The translations under genes and the position numbers were made by a program. Source: an uncultured Gammaproteobacteria bacterium (lineage in GTDB: Bacteria; Patescibacteriota; Patescibacteriia; Patescibacteriales; UBA12465). From it: a stretch of 64,000 bases of DNA. The notes beneath the pieces were generated by a model that saw nothing but the letters and a program-made list of their open reading frames with translations, made no database searches and was not told the DNA's origin. This document shows, one piece after another, positions 63,586 through 64,000 of this stretch (within the stretch, counting starts at the first letter, position 1; each line of letters begins with the position of its first letter). The stretch covers positions 115,832 to 179,831 of the forward strand of contig CAZXEE010000001.1 in the NCBI GenBank assembly GCA_964639785.1, given 5' to 3'.

Positions 63586-64000
63586 ATGAATAAGCCGAAT
63601 ACTAAGAAAAAGCCGGTAGTGGTGGCTGTTTCCGGATATTTCAATCCACTTCATGTCGGCCATCTGGAAATGATCCAGAAGTCCAAGAAATTGGGAGACA
63701 AGCTGGTGGCTATTGTCAATAATGACCATCAGGTGAAATTGAAAGGATCCGTTCCTTTCATGAGCCAGGCTGACCGGATGAAGATTGTCGGCGCCTTGCG
63801 GGATGTCGATGAGGTTTTCTTGTCTGTTGACCGCGATCCGACTGTCTGCAAGTCTTTGGCCAAGGTCAAACCGGATATTTTTGCCAATGGAGGCGATCGC
63901 AAGAGCTTGAATGATGTGCCGGAATTTCCAATCTGTGCCAAGTTGGGAATCAAGATGGTTGATGGCTTAGGCAAGAAGATCAGAGCCAGTTCTAAATTAA
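63586..64000 (+). CDS. Cytidylyltransferase-like nucleotidyltransferase (HIGH-motif family), 3' end outside the window
   Basis: I translated it by hand as MNKPNTKKKPVVVAVSGYFNPLHVGHLEMIQKSKKLGDKLVAIVNNDHQ... with the (G)xFxxxHxGH motif. The frame is open to the window end. Confidence 0.6.
   Translation, partial: MNKPNTKKKPVVVAVSGYFNPLHVGHLEMIQKSKKLGDKLVAIVNNDHQVKLKGSVPFMSQADRMKIVGALRDVDEVFLSVDRDPTVCKSLAKVKPDIFANGGDRKSLNDVPEFPICAKLGIKMVDGLGKKIRASSKL

Noticed and set aside
1-64000. A search for tRNA, rRNA, tmRNA and CRISPR arrays in the intergenic spacers.
   Set aside because: By eye, the non-coding gaps are all at most about 340 nt, AT-rich, and mostly accounted for by the promoters, terminators and small ORFs described above. 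I saw no T-arm/acceptor-like tRNA signature and no repeat-spacer structure. A covariance-model scan would be needed to be certain.

Overview
The window is a gene-dense, mostly AT-leaning bacterial chromosome segment. I found no rRNA, tRNA, CRISPR array, integrase or transposase. The gene content suggests a Candidate Phyla Radiation (Patescibacteria-like) organism, but this is inference only. The supporting features are a type IV pilin-like protein, several VirB2/T4SS-pilin-like small membrane modules, a four-subunit 2-oxoacid:ferredoxin oxidoreductase plus an ADP-forming acetyl-CoA synthetase, an archaeal-type AspRS, rpoBC without an upstream rplKAJL cluster, and many Ca-binding (thrombospondin type 3-like) and giant surface proteins. 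Housekeeping genes I recognise are gdh (5' partial), trxB, an RluA-family pseudouridine synthase, a MOP flippase, glgA, ftsK, murE, rpoB, rpoC, murJ, lepA, recJ, rnhA, porGDAB, a DsbA-like oxidoreductase, an L,D-transpeptidase, two Fic proteins, xth, leuS, rsmA, plsC, an MFS transporter, aspS and a cytidylyltransferase (3' partial). Four regions deserve follow-up. (1) At 29.8-37.5 kb, a nine-gene minus-strand operon has porA and porB separated by genes for VirB2-like membrane anchors fused to cysteine-rich ectodomains. A DsbA-like gene sits at the head of this operon and an anchor-M15 peptidase fusion at the tail. (2) An AT-rich island spans about 52.8-59.9 kb. Inside it, a 3.7 kb cassette is bracketed by two identical 30-nt terminator hairpins. 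The cassette holds an editing-domain-less archaeal-type ThrRS-like gene, a translationally coupled radical SAM/SPASM enzyme, a degenerate tRNA-nucleotidyltransferase-like gene, and a micro-unit with a consensus promoter, a 22-codon ORF and a terminator. (3) A 2609-aa cysteine-rich secreted giant protein is paired with a Ca-repeat membrane protein. (4) Two beta-propeller proteins share a YNGS-W repeat; one is fused to a type IV pilin N-terminus and the other to a Bacteroidota-style T9SS C-terminal sorting domain. All functional calls come from motif recognition by eye. No database search was run.
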